Shown here piece by piece: positions 26,186 to 39,025 of a stretch of DNA of 64,000 nt. Location of the stretch: assembly GCF_964204645.1 (NCBI RefSeq), contig NC_134029.1, forward strand, positions 13,170,850-13,234,849, written 5' to 3'. Position numbers and translations under genes: made by a program. Within the stretch, counting starts at the first letter, position 1, and every line of letters starts with the position of its first letter. The stretch comes from Tubulanus polymorphus. Lineage: Eukaryota > Animalia > Nemertea. Below the pieces are notes generated by a model that saw only the letters and a list, made by a program, of their open reading frames with translations, searched no databases and was not told the origin of the DNA.

Positions 26186-28042
26186 TATCAATTCGATAGT
26201 TTGAATATGTTATTACGTGTTACAGCTATCGTGAAACTGTTCGTAGAATTGGCCGCACAACACCCCTTGCCGTCGTTCTATGCGTTGTTAAAATGGAGAA
26301 AAACCGCGTGGATCAAATGCGTTCAGTCAAATGATTACACTGAAGAATTAACGAAACTGAAACTGGATCAAAGAAACAGTCGGATAAAGCAACTTGATCT
26401 ATTTTTGGAAGATGGTTTTGTTAAAAGCTAAAGGGCGATTAGACAACGCTTCCTTGGAAGATTGCGCGAAGCATCCGATTGTTTTACATCCGAAGAATGC
26501 ATTTACGAAGTTGATAGTAACTGATTTACGTGCGAACCCTGTACATAAAAACTTAGCGTGTACGATGGTTAAAGTTCGTGAAAATTACTGGGTCCCGACT
26601 CTTAGACAACTAGCAAAGAACATCATTAATGAATGTGTTCCGTGTAATAGGGCCGATGGAAGACCCTATGCGAAACCCGTTCCAGCACCGCTTCCGGAAT
26701 TCCGAGTACAACTTACTCCACCGTTCACTACGACCGGAATCGATTTCTCGGGAGCAGTTACCGTTCGGAAATCTGATATTGTGAATACTGAGCAGGCGTA
26801 CATTGGCTTATTCACGTGCGCGGTCACGAGATTTATTCACTTGGAGTTAGTCCCTGTTATGTCGGTTCCCACATTTCTGTAAGCGTTTCGGAAGTTCGTT
26901 AGTCGTTGCTCAACACCAAAGTTAATGGTATCGGATAATGCGCAAACGTTTCTTGCGACAAAGAATCAGCTAGGAATGTTGGAGAGGTTCGTTGCTGAGC
27001 ATGGCTGTAAATGGGACTTTATCCCAAAATAAGGCCCTGTGGTTTGGTGGCTATTACGAACGTTTGATAGGCCTTACGAAATCTGCGTTGCGTAAAGTTT
27101 TGTGGAAGACAAAACTAGAGTTCTTCGAACTGGAAGCGTTATTGAAAGAGATAGAAGCGATAATAAACGACCGGCCGTTAACCGCGATCTCTTGTAGCGT
27201 TGCAGAACCAGAACCGTTAACTCCGTCGAGATTGTTCCAGGGTCGTAAAAACCAGAACCGTTAACTCCGTCGAGATTGTTCCAGGGTCGTTGCGTTACCG
27301 CTATGCCGTATCCGCGTATTACGTCGGAGGACATTGAGGATCCAGAATATATAGCGGGTGTAGATAAGCGTCAAATGTCAGAAAGATTAGAGCAACGTTC
27401 TTTGTTGTATAATCAGTTTTCTGATAAATGGCGAACTGAATACTTGTTATCCCTACGCGAGAAGCACACGCACTCCGGGGTCCGTTGGGACCAGGGGATT
27501 AACGTTGGAGATATCGTGTTAATCGAAGTTGAAAATCTTCCGCGTACACGTTGGAAACTTGCTGTGATTATTGGTGTTAATTTCAGTAACGATGGTTTGA
27601 TCCGCTCTGTTAAGTTACGCACACAAAATGGCGAAACTACGCGCCCTATCTCCAAGCTCTACCCGCTAGAAGTTTCAGCGGTAGAGTCCGTTGCGCCCCA
27701 GGAGGACATCTCAATCGATGCCGAAATAGTAAAAGGTTCGGATCGACCGAGAAGACGAACCGCAGTTGCTGCTGAATCGAGGATCAAATGTACGCTGAAC
27801 GATGATAATTAACATTATTATAAAATTGGTGGTAGTGTTGTATTATAGTACGTTAACTCTTTGCCGCCGCAGTGTCGGCGAGTCCGCCGCTTAAATGGTT
27901 GTTGTACGTTTGACGGCACGCAAGCTGCCCGCCCCTCATCTCGCTCTTTCAATCTGTGTAATGGATTATGTTGTGATTTGTAAATAAACTGTCGTAAATA
28001 CTGTATTAGAGTCTCCTACTTTCTGTCCTGCAAACGCTGACA
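26186..28042 (+). mobile_element. BEL/Pao LTR retrotransposon, 3' fragment (integrase pseudogene plus 3' LTR)
   Basis: HPIVLHP..YWVPTLR..CVPC zinc-binding region, TGIDFSG, SDNAQTF, WFGGYYERLIG, WRTEYLLSLRE; LTR TGTC...GACA at 27873-28042 with AATAAA; 41-bp internal duplication (27206/27250). Confidence 0.88.
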
Positions 28043-29765
28043 GACTGCGTCCACGAAGCGATGCGACGATCTCGAGTATTATCAGCCGCTGCCGCAACCG
28101 ATCTTCGAACAGACCGGGGAAGAAATCCGCGAAATCATCGAAAATATGGCTCGACGAAAAATCATCCAGCAAAAAACCGCCGATTATCTCTTACCGCCGG
28201 ACAATCCGAAACAGAGGCAGTTCTATCTGCTTCCCAAAATCCATAAAGAACGCGACAAGTGGAAGGTACCCGACCGCGTACCACCGGGGAGACTGATCGT
28301 CTCCGACTGCGGCTCCGAAACCTACGAAATTTCGGAATGGATCGACTACTACTTGCAGCCGATCGCCCGGAGTCACCCGTCGTACGTCAAAGATACCAAC
28401 CACTTTCAAGATATTTTGGCCGGTAAACAATTTAGCGCCGATGCGTTACTCGTCACCATGGACATCGATTCGCTATACACCAACATCCTCCACGAAGAGG
28501 GTATCGCCAGCATCCGGCAAGCTCTCCGAGATAACCCGAACCTTGACGCCCGGATGCCGAGCTGCTGAAACTACTCGAAAATAGCCTGAAGAAAAACGAC
28601 TTTAACTTTAACGAAAACACATATCTACAGGTAAAAGGTACCGCAATGGGTAAGCGTTTTGCTCCTTCTGATGCCAATATCTTTGTAGCCGAATGGGAAA
28701 CAGAAGGTCTGTCCAGAAGCGAACTCCAACCATCGCTATACGCTCGGTTCATCGATGATATCTACATGGTTTGGGAACACGGCCGCGAAACGTTGATGCA
28801 ATTCATCGACGTCCTACCCCCACAAACAGTGAGCCGATCCATCAAACTCAAGTTCGAAATCAGCGACACCAGCGTCAACTTCCTGGACGTGGCCACTTTC
28901 AAAGGCCCGCGATTCGAGACAAGTGGTATAATAGACACCAAAGTCTACTTCAAACCAACCGATTCGCATCAATTACTACATCGATCTTCGTTTCACCCTA
29001 AGCGCACATTTTCCGCTATAGTTAAAAGTCAAATTCTCCGGTTCCGGCGCATCTGCAATAACGATTCGGACCTACACGCAGCGTCCGGAACCGTCCTTAA
29101 AGTACTCAGAGGTCGTTGCTACAAATACCGCGAAGTGCGACACATCAAAAGCCAAGCTCTACGACACCACGCCGAACGGAATCAACGAGAACAACAACGG
29201 GCCAACGAACCGCCGAAAAAGCGTCTACCGCTTATCTTACCTCACTCCGGAGCCAACCGTACCCTAGCCCGTAACATCCGAACCAGATTTACGGAACTGG
29301 CTACGGCCACCGGCCGGTCGGACGAGGTAACCACGGTTACCGCCTACACCAAGCACAAGAGTCTCAAAGATCTCCTAACGTCGTCGCAGCTCAAACCCAT
29401 GGAGCCACCCCCTCCCCGAGTCCCCTCTTCATCGCATCTTAACCGAAATACTTCCGTTGTTCCCAATTCTTCTATTTCCAGGTCTACTCAAAGAACCCCG
29501 TCAACCCTACGTCGAGGCACCAAGAAATGCAGAACACCGAGATGTCGCACGTGTCCACTCATCCGAGAAACAACCGTTTGCCGCAGCCACAACAAAATGC
29601 ACGCGATCCGCAGCACAATTAATTGCGCGACCCGCGAAATTACATACTGCATCGAATGCACCAAGTGCAACATGCTGTACGTCGGCCAAACCGGAATGTC
29701 TTTTCGAGAACGTGTCACACATCACGTCTCACGTATCAAAACGAAGAATTCGTTTCGTGTGTACG
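28043..29765 (+). mobile_element. Penelope-like retroelement (RT plus GIY-YIG), 5' truncated and frameshifted
   Basis: FYLLPKIHK, PPGRLIVS, MDIDSLYTNI, QVKGTAMG, RFIDDI, YFKPTD..LH..SFHP; GIY-YIG region ITYCIECTKCNMLYVGQT. Confidence 0.9.
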
Positions 29766-29974
29766 GTCTCCAACACCTACCAGGCTCGACGAGACCGATC
29801 CGCGAAGCAGCCGAACAAGACTGGACACGAACAAGCCCCGTGGCATCAACGTCCCGTAGACTGCCTCACCACAAAAATTAATTCAAACTTTTCTTTACAG
29901 GGATAACCCGCTGCCCGTGCACTAGTGGGGTCTCCAAACCTTCGGTTTGGTCCCCTTACCCTTAACTCTAATCC

Positions 29975-30891
29975 TAACCACGGTTTCGGATCATTTGTTC
30001 CGTCATGATGTTCTGGTTTCAGCTCGCTTACACCTTTTGGCACGATGATTATTTCATCGTCGCTATCATTTTCATCCTCCGGCTCTACAGCCGGATTGGC
30101 TGGTTCCACGGCCGGTTGCTGTCCCGCGTTTGCCATGCCCAACAGTTGTGCTTTTCTTTTAATGGGTTGGTTTTAAAATATGAACCAGTTTCTACAATTC
30201 GATTCAAAGTTTTTTATAATGTATTTTTAATTTTTATAATACCTCTAGCTTGGCGGCAAGACCGGAATTTTGCCGCTATTCTCTACCAGTGTTGGTGATG
30301 GTGATGATGTATGGTGATGTTTATCAACCCGTGTTGTTGATCCGGGTTGGGTTCTCCGACTAGCGTTGTAGTAATGAATCCCTCGGCGATGTGGTGCGGG
30401 ATCTGTCTTTGGGCCGGATCTTCAGTCCTCGTTCTTGATTATCTTCGAAGGCTCTCGTATATAACTTAACGACTTCTTAAATTATATATTCGTTTACTAT
30501 CTCTTGACTAGATGTATACAAGATCATTCCCGGAGCTCCCGGGCTCACTAAAACCTCCCGTTTATATTATTTTCTCTTTAGTAACGTGTGCAGGCCCTCT
30601 TCCACACATGGCTTGGAACACGTGGCTTGTGACGTATTCATACGTCACAACATTCCTCCCATCCATGTATGGGCGATGACGTACCTGCACACGTTACAAT
30701 TATCTATGAATATCCTTTTGCACTCATCAGAGTCCAAGGCCGCACCATATTTGGTTTTCCTACTTAGACACATACGTCACTTCCAGACATGTTTATTTAT
30801 ATTTTTTCTATTTCTTTCTCATGTTTATGTATGACGTACGTATCCACGCAGGATGTCTGCACTGCTGACCATGAACGCCAGCTTCCGTACA
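29975..30891 (-). mobile_element. Gypsy-like LTR element 5' fragment (LTR, PBS, gag start)
   Basis: Minus-strand gag-like LKPEHHDGTNDPKPWL; gccgctattctctacca at ~30272-30288 resembles a tRNA-Ala 3' end (PBS) next to a TG-starting segment; outer LTR boundary uncertain. Confidence 0.5.
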
Positions 30892-30939
30892 TTACTTGTT
30901 GGTATAGTTTAACTGCTGATAACTGAAACCTACTAATAT

Positions 30940-32380
30940 GTTCCCTGAAAGCTTATCAAAGCAAACGGAAACCAGGCTTTCTTTGTACGGGACAAACTCG
31001 TTATCCGCGAAAACCGTGACCGCATACCGATGGACAGCCACTAGAAACCAGCGGAGGGACTATGCGTACAATTCGTAGACCGGACTGTGCTCGTATCTCG
31101 AAGTTGTTGTTATGTTATTGAATTTGTAAATAAGTGTAAATCTATGTGACAGTAATCCAAATGTAAATAGAAATATCGTTGGCTCCGATGCAAATTCTCA
31201 TACGGTAGATACATACCCTGATGTAAATAGTATCATTCATGTACCTGATGTAACTCCTAAAATTGTCACTTCTGATGTAAATAAGCAAAATGTTGACACT
31301 TCTGATTTAAATAAGCAAAATGTAACTAGTACAGCAAACGCAGCAAACATAAGTGAAACGCCTTGTACCAAATCATCATTAAAGTTTTCTACACTGAATT
31401 TATGTGGCCTTATAGCTAAACTCGATATCCCTGAATTTAGTGAATTTGTTAGCAATAATGACAATGTCTCACTGAAACTCAGTTAGAGATGATGTAGACG
31501 GTAACTTAGGTTGTAGCTTGCCCGCCTCCCATATGGCGCACTTTAAAAATAGGAAAAAGTTTTCAAAAAAGGATCAGGTGGCGTCGGTATCATATATAGG
31601 AAGTTCTTGAAAAATAAAATAAAACCAGTTTCGACCGACTCTCAGTTCGTATCTTGGTATCTATTAGATAGAGATTTATTTCGCGACAAACATTTACTTT
31701 TAGGTGTAATTTATATTCCTCCAGAAAATAGTCGTTATTATTCAGAAATAGCTGTCAGAGAAATTGAAATAGAGTTATTACAATTGAAAGTTGAGTATGA
31801 TTTTAATGTGTTAATTTCTGGTGACTTGCTCACACCGCTTGTATGCCAGACTTTTTGGAACCTGATAATCAGATAATGCAAGATGATAACTTAGACCCTA
31901 TTGTTGACTCGTTGATTAATTTAGGCGTTCCCACTACTAGACATAATCAGGATAAAACACCGAATAATACAGGCTATCAACTAATAGATTTGTGTAAGAA
32001 CCATTCACTAGTTATCCTCAATGGCAGATGTGGCAATGATCAGACTGTTGATTATACTTTTAGGAACACACATGTCATTGATTATTTTGTGTGTGATTTA
32101 GAACTGTTTGGTTATGTTGAGCACTTTGAAATAATGCCTTCTGACCCATTATTATCCGATGGACATAATCCTATTAGTCTCTGCGTGTATACGAATTCTA
32201 GGGACAGCATTGCTAGCGATAATGAAAGGGGTAATGAACACGCGAACTTAAACACTTCAATTTGGTGGGACAATACTAAATCAAATCAATTTTTACTAAA
32301 TGTAGAATCAAAATTGCGTGATGATGATTTAGATAAGTTACTTTTGGATGGGTTGCAAGCTCTAGGAAATCAATCGCCAT
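30940..32380 (+). mobile_element. Non-LTR retrotransposon fragment (ORF1 end plus APE endonuclease pseudogene)
   Basis: STLNLCGL, GSGGVG, GVIYIPP, ISGD, ILNGR, YTF..VIDY, SDGHNPI. Confidence 0.82.
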
Positions 32381-32381
32381 A

Positions 32382-32502
32382 AGTAACAGGGAATAAGTTG
32401 TTTCATACCAAAGGTCGAAAGGTCGAAAAATAAATTCTCGCACACTCGAATTTATTTTTCGACCTTTCAACCTTTGATACGAAACAACTTTTCCCTATTA
32501 CT
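32382..32502. repeat. ~120-bp palindrome, inverted copy of 26069-26182
   Basis: Arms caaaggtcgaaaggtcgaaaaataaattc / gaatttatttttcgacctttcaacctttg; loop tcgcacactc is the reverse complement (one mismatch) of loop gagtgcgcga. Confidence 0.8.
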
Positions 32503-32570
32503 CTTAAAATATTTATATATATGAATGAATAACTTCTAAAATCAATTTAAATAGAAAATATGTTATTAAA

Positions 32571-32912
32571 ATGGAGAATAAACAAATACACAGTGAATTC
32601 TTAGATATGATTAAAGATACTACAAATGTCAAATCTGTAGATTATAAATTTAAGAAGTTAACAGAACTAACAATTCATAAGAAATATTTAATTACAAATA
32701 TTGAAACAGTTACTAACAAATATGGAGATAAATTAGTTATTCACTTAGAATATGAAGGATTGAAAGGAAATACATATAAATTCCGAAGATATTTACCACA
32801 TAGATTTCATAGATTATCTAGCGAAGATTTAGAAGAATTATGTTCTGGTGATTTGTATTTTATATACAAATGTAAGAATGAAAAAGGACACCATGAAATA
32901 GATTTCGAATAA
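32571..32912 (+). CDS. 113-aa viral protein, possibly an OB-fold ssDNA-binding protein
   Basis: Intact; FKKLTEL..Y.I..V.NKYG.KLVI.L..YLP.RF pattern; homolog at 61707-62060; adjacent to PolB. The fold is inferred. Confidence 0.6.
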   Translation: MENKQIHSEFLDMIKDTTNVKSVDYKFKKLTELTIHKKYLITNIETVTNKYGDKLVIHLEYEGLKGNTYKFRRYLPHRFHRLSSEDLEELCSGDLYFIYKCKNEKGHHEIDFE

Positions 32913-32953
32913 AATATGTAAAATCAATTTTAATAAAAAAATTGGATATTAAA

Positions 32954-35900
32954 ATGGACTGTTCAACATGTAAAATTGATATAGATAAATCTCAAAAAGC
33001 AAGACATAATAAAACTAAAACACATTTAGAGAATAAATTGAAATTAGAATATAAAGATGATTTATTAGAAACTAAATTAGATGAATTGAAGAATGAAAAG
33101 AAAAATTACTAATGTGACACATGTAATCAATCATTCAGTAACAAAAGATATTATTAAGAACATTTAAAACCTAAAGGTCATATTAGAAATATGAATAATG
33201 ATATTTTAGGTGAAGATTATTTTGATAAAGATAATGATAAGAAACAGAAGACAATTAAAAGAATAAAAAATAAAATAAACAATAAAAGGCCATACATGGA
33301 CGATGTAAGAAATTATATTAATTCATTAGATAATAAAAAAGATATTGAAATAACCGAAGCATTCAAAAGTGATATTGGACCAGCTGCTATTGAATTTAAA
33401 TTTCATAAAGGTAAAACATTAGTAGAAAATAAAAAACATTTAGAAAATATGAAAAATATTATAAGAATAATTACAGACGTAGAATACCCTAAAATTAGTA
33501 TCTCTTCTAAATTTAAATTTATTAAATCTGAAGATAAACCAATAGATAATATAAATTCTCATTCACAACATATTATTTCAAAACAACATATAGATGATAG
33601 ATTAGATAAATGTTATAATGAAATAAAAAGTAAAATAGAAGAGAAATATTTTAAAGGATCAGGTTTAATATTTGATGAAATAATATTTATGACCTTACAT
33701 GATTATAACACAAAATATAATAAGTTAACTAAATCAAAACCAATTGATGAAAATAGTTTATCATATTATAAAGATGATAATATAAATGCATCAAGTTATA
33801 TCAAATTACCATTTAAAACTAATGCTGTTATAAATGTACAAAATGAAGATGATAAATGTTTTCTATGGTCAATTATAAGTTGCTTACATCCAACAGAAGA
33901 TATTACTCATAGTTTTAGATTAACAAATTATAAACCATTTGAAAATAATTACAAGACAGACAATTATCCTGTTAGAATTAAAAATATCCAAAAAATAGAA
34001 AGAGATAATAATATAAAGATAATTCAAAAAATATAATTACAAGAATAAAGTACCGTTTGTAATTTATGGAGATTTTGAATCACTCAATAAAGAATTAACT
34101 GATCAAGGTACAAAAGAAATATATTATAAAAGAAAGAAATTAAATTCTAATGAAAATGATGTAATTGATTATTCAGATCCTCTAATAACAAATACTATTA
34201 AAAAGATTCATCAATCACCTGCAGCTTTCGGGTTATATATAAAATCTGATTATCCAGAAAAAGTGAATGTTATCATTATAGAAATGAAAATGTTATCAAT
34301 CATTTTTGTGACTTATTAATTGAATATGAAATAAAATTTAATAAATTGTTAAATAGAAATAAAGAAATAATTATGACAGAAGATAAAGAAGAATTTGATT
34401 TATCAGATAAATGTTATTATTGTGAAAAACTATTTAATTTTAACGATAAAAAAGTTAGAGATCATGATCATTTGAATGGAAAGTTTAGAGCTGCAGTGCA
34501 TGAGAATTGTAACTTACAAGCTAAGAAAATCAATTTTGTTCCAGTAATATTTCATAATCTATCAGGGTATGATGCTCATTTATTCATCAAACAGTTATGC
34601 CATAAAATAGAAGAAATCAATAATGAAATAGAAAGAGTAAATTCAAATAGATCAAAAGATAAAATACCAACATATAGATTTAAAATGTTAGCTAAAACAT
34701 CTGAGAATTATATATCTTTCCAATGTGGGTGTCTAAGATTCATAGATTCATATAGATTTTTAAGCAGTTCATTAGATAATTCATCAAAATCATTAGTTGA
34801 TGATGAAAAACCTGAAATAAACCTGAATTAAAACAATACTATCCAAATAATGATGATTTTCAATTAATGAGATATAAGGGAGCAATTCCATATGGTTTTT
34901 ATAAAAATCATAATGATTTCAATGTAACTGAATTATTAAAAGAACAATTTTATGATGAATTAAAAAATGAATATGTTAAAGATGAAGTATATAATAGAAC
35001 ATTGAACATTTGGAATCATTTTGGAATGAAAAATAATGGACAATTAGTAGATTTATATTTAAAATCAGATGTATTATTATTAACTAATATATTTGAAAGG
35101 TTTAGAGATGTAAATCTAAAATATTTTAATATTGATCCATGGTTATTCTAGTCCAGGTTTAACTTGGGATTGTGGTTTGAAATTTACAGATATAAAAATG
35201 GATTTGTTAACAAATATAGATCAATTATTATTATTTGAAAAATCTATAAGAGGAGGAGTTTCGGGTGTATTAGGTGATCCATATTTCAATGTAAATGAAA
35301 ATCCTGGATATAAATTATTATATATAGATGCAAATAATCTATATGGTTGGGCAATGATGGAGCCTCAGCCTTATGGGGTATTTGAAATAAGTGAAGTTTT
35401 ACAACATGAAAATAATGATAAATTTGATTGGAAGAAAATAATTCTCGATATTGCAGATGATTCAGACACTGGTTACTTCCTTGTTGTAGATTTAGAATAT
35501 CCTGATGATAAAAAATTTAAATCTAGAAATCTAGCTTACTGCCCCGAACATAAAACTGTTACGCATGAAGAATTATCAAATTACCAAAAAAGAATTAAAC
35601 CTGAAAATCATATTCATACACTAAAGTTAATGGTGACTCAGGAAGATAAATATAATTATGTAGTACATGTTGAATGTTGAAGTTTTATTTGAATCAAGGA
35701 ATGATTCTAAAAAAAAGTACATAGATATATTTCGTTCAGTCAATCTAAATGGTTAGAAAAATATATAGATTTTAACACCAAACAGAGAACTAATGCTAAA
35801 ACTGATTTCGAGAAAGATTTTTTCAAGTTAATGAATAATGCATTCTATGGTAAGACTTGTGAAAATATCAGAAATTGAAATGATATTGAGTTAGTTAGTA

Positions 35901-36661
35901 ATGGTAAAAGGATAAGGCATTTACAAACATATCCTAAATTTATTGGTAACAGAATATGTGATGAAAATTTAGCTGCGGTTAAAATGAAGAGAACTTCTAT
36001 GAAATTTAATAAACCAATTTATGTTGGAGCAACAGTTTTAGAAATATATAAATTATTAATGTATGAATTTTATTATAACGTATTACAACCTCATTTTGGA
36101 GAAAAGCATATAGAAATCTTATATTTTGATACAGATTCTTACATATTAAAGATTAAAACTAATAACATAACATATGATTTAAAAACATTAAAACATCATT
36201 TTGATTTCAGTAATTATCCTAAAACTCATGAATTGTTTAGCAATGATAATAAAAAGGTGCCTGGTAAATTCAAAGATGAATTAGGAGGTGAAGAAATGAT
36301 TGAATTCATTGGAATTCGATCTAAAATGTATTCATATAAAACTAAAACTCATGAAGCTAAAAAGTTAAAAGGAATTACTAAAAGTGTAGTAGAAAAGAAT
36401 ATTCATTTCAAAGATTACATCAATTGTATATTTAATGAAGAAGTTAGAAAACATAAGATGAGATGTTTAAGATCTGAAGATCACGGGATGTTTATTGAAG
36501 AGATAGAGAAGATAAGTTTGAACCCATTTGATGATAAAAGATATATTTTAGATGATGGAATTCATACAGTCGCGTATGGTTGCAATTTAGAAGAATACTT
36601 AAAATTTAAAAGGGAAGAAACAAAAGAAAAGGAAATAATGAACATGATTATAACGTGTTAA
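32954..36661 (+). pseudogene. polB: Protein-primed PolB with N-terminal zinc fingers, terminal-protein region and vOTU-like domain
   Basis: MDCSTC..H..H and CDTC..H..H; SSYIKLP..INVQNEDDKCFLW; deletion at ~34020; EndoVII insert; [22 protein letters not shown]. Confidence 0.93.
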
Positions 36662-36690
36662 TCAAATTTTAATAAAAATATGAATCATAA

Positions 36691-37400
36691 ATGGAAAGTA
36701 CACAATCACAAACTATCAATATTACAAATAGTGTGGTTAATATTTATCATAATAAATGTTCAAAATGTAAATTGAATAAAGAACTCTCGGAATATTATAT
36801 TAATTATAAAACTAAGAAAGATGGTAAGCAAAGTCATTGTTGAACTTGTGTTAAAGAAATGATTAAGCAATACCGAGCAAATAATCCAGATTATCAAAAG
36901 GAATGGCGAAATGATAATCCAGAATATTTAAGAGATTGCAAAAAAAAGATAATAGACAACATTATAATGAGTATCAAAATAATTACCAAAAAGAAAGATA
37001 TAAAACGGATCTTAATTTTAAATTGAAACAATGTTTAAGTTCTAGATTATCACAATTATTCAGTGAAGACAAACACTCGTACACGCTATCTAATTTGTTA
37101 GGTTGTACAGATGAATTCTTAAAATCATGGATAATATATCAGTTTAATGATGAAAAGAATGAAAAAAACTATGGTGAATACTTTCATATTGATCATGTGT
37201 TGCCGATTTCTAAATTTAACATGAATAATGAATACAATCAGAAGTTAATATGGAGCTGGAAAAACTTAAGACCTTTAGAAAAGTTGAAAATATTAGGAAA
37301 GGAAACAAACTAGATATGAAATTATATTTAGATCAACTGGATAAAGCAAAGACATTTGTTGAATTATGGAACTCAACACAGAAAAACACGTTGAATCTTA
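36691..37400 (+). pseudogene. NCLDV-type HNH endonuclease
   Basis: KCSKC..KEDG; LLGCTDEFLKSW..NYGEYFHIDHVLP..NLRPLE. Confidence 0.8.
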
Positions 37401-37404
37401 AGCG

Positions 37405-38140
37405 TTTATAATAAGAGCTCTACTCGAGTCACACGTGTATATAAGCACTTAGTCGTTTTCGTACAACTATAAACCATGTGTGTATATCCTAACATCTGCC
37501 ACACGCTCACTCCACGGGAGTAATTTATTTGAACATTGATCGATCGAACAGGTGTTGCCATTTGATGTGTCATGTTATATTGGATAGCTAGCAGTTGGAT
37601 TAAGAGTTTTTAGGGGATAAGCATCCCGTTATTGAGAGGCGCCACGAGATACTTATCCCCAAGCATTTCTAATTACACCCCTGTCACCCACGCCTCACCC
37701 ATTCTCCTTCAATGGTTGACAGGAAACACATTATATTAAAGGCGCCTAATGCGTTTCCTATCAAAGGGAGGATCGAAAGGGAGGTTCGAAAGGGAGGATC
37801 GAAAGTCGAAACTGAAGGAGAACCACGGAGGGTGGACAAAGGTGCATTTTCGAAATGCCCCTGCAAGCCAGGCCCGGCGGCACTCCAGTGGTGGAATAAA
37901 TTCCATTATATACTTAGCTAAAACACAGAATTAAATATAAACGGTGTTTACGTTATTTGAAATTATAAATTATTCCGAATGAAAAGAATATAAGAATGAA
38001 AACTGATAAATGAATTATGGATTTTTAACTTCATTATGATTAAATTTTTAATGAAATTAGTAATCAATTATCTATATTGATTGAAAATTAAATTCAAATT
38101 CAAATTTTCATTTCAGTATCACACTCAGTGCTGCCATCTT
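37405..38140. mobile_element. Unclassified non-viral insertion after HNH
   Basis: Higher GC, absent from copy 4; internal hairpin ggggataagcatc...gatacttatcccc. Confidence 0.5.
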
Positions 38141-38309
38141 TCAACATAATCTATTATTTCTTTTCAAAAAGGGAATACTTTATATTTTCATAGGATTTGA
38201 ATAGAAATTCTTTAACTTTAACCAACCTAGTCAATCTAGTATTTACACAAAGAGTTATTAGTATCATTTGAAGAATAAGTTTAATTTTTTTTCTCACTTT
38301 TTCGCTGAT

Positions 38310-39019
38310 ACAAACTTTTCAAGAATTAGATGCCATGAAACCAGATAAAGTAATCAAACATTTCAAAATATATGAAGAAGCTAGATTAGCTAGAATAAAC
38401 GACTCTATAAGTGATGGTATTATAAAATGTTTCTCTAAGGTGTGTAACCGGTTAATACTAATTGATGATGAAAATAAATTATATAGTGATTTTAAAAATG
38501 ATTATTTATTTATGACAGAATTACAAAAATGGGTTGGATACGCTTCATTTCAATTAGGAGGATAATGACATTAATTTCTACTGGCGTATTTCTAATATCA
38601 AACCTATAGAGTATAAAGATGAAAATAAATCAGAAGATATTGAAACAGAACAAAAATAAATGATTGATGATATTAAGAAGAAGCCTAGATCTGAAAAACA
38701 AGTACAGTGGGCAAAGGAGTTGGGAAAAAGATCTTAAGAATTGAAAAGAGCTGAGAAAAAGAAATTAACTGATATAAATGAATCACAGAAATTATCTGAT
38801 ATTAATTCGAATGATAATCCATCTAATTCTTCTAATACTGGAAGAATAAATTACGTATATATTACAATTGGATTATTCACAGTAATTATATTCTCTGGTG
38901 TAATATATAAATCTAAATTTAATAACAATAATGATGATAATGATAAACCTAATATACCAGAAAATAAGTCAAATGATAAAGTCATTGAAAATAAACCAAG
39001 ATTATTATTAATGGATTAA
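38310..39019 (+). pseudogene. Proteins X (5' deleted) and Y, degraded
   Basis: Fragments align with 50385-51348. Confidence 0.75.
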
Positions 39020-39025
39020 AATAGG

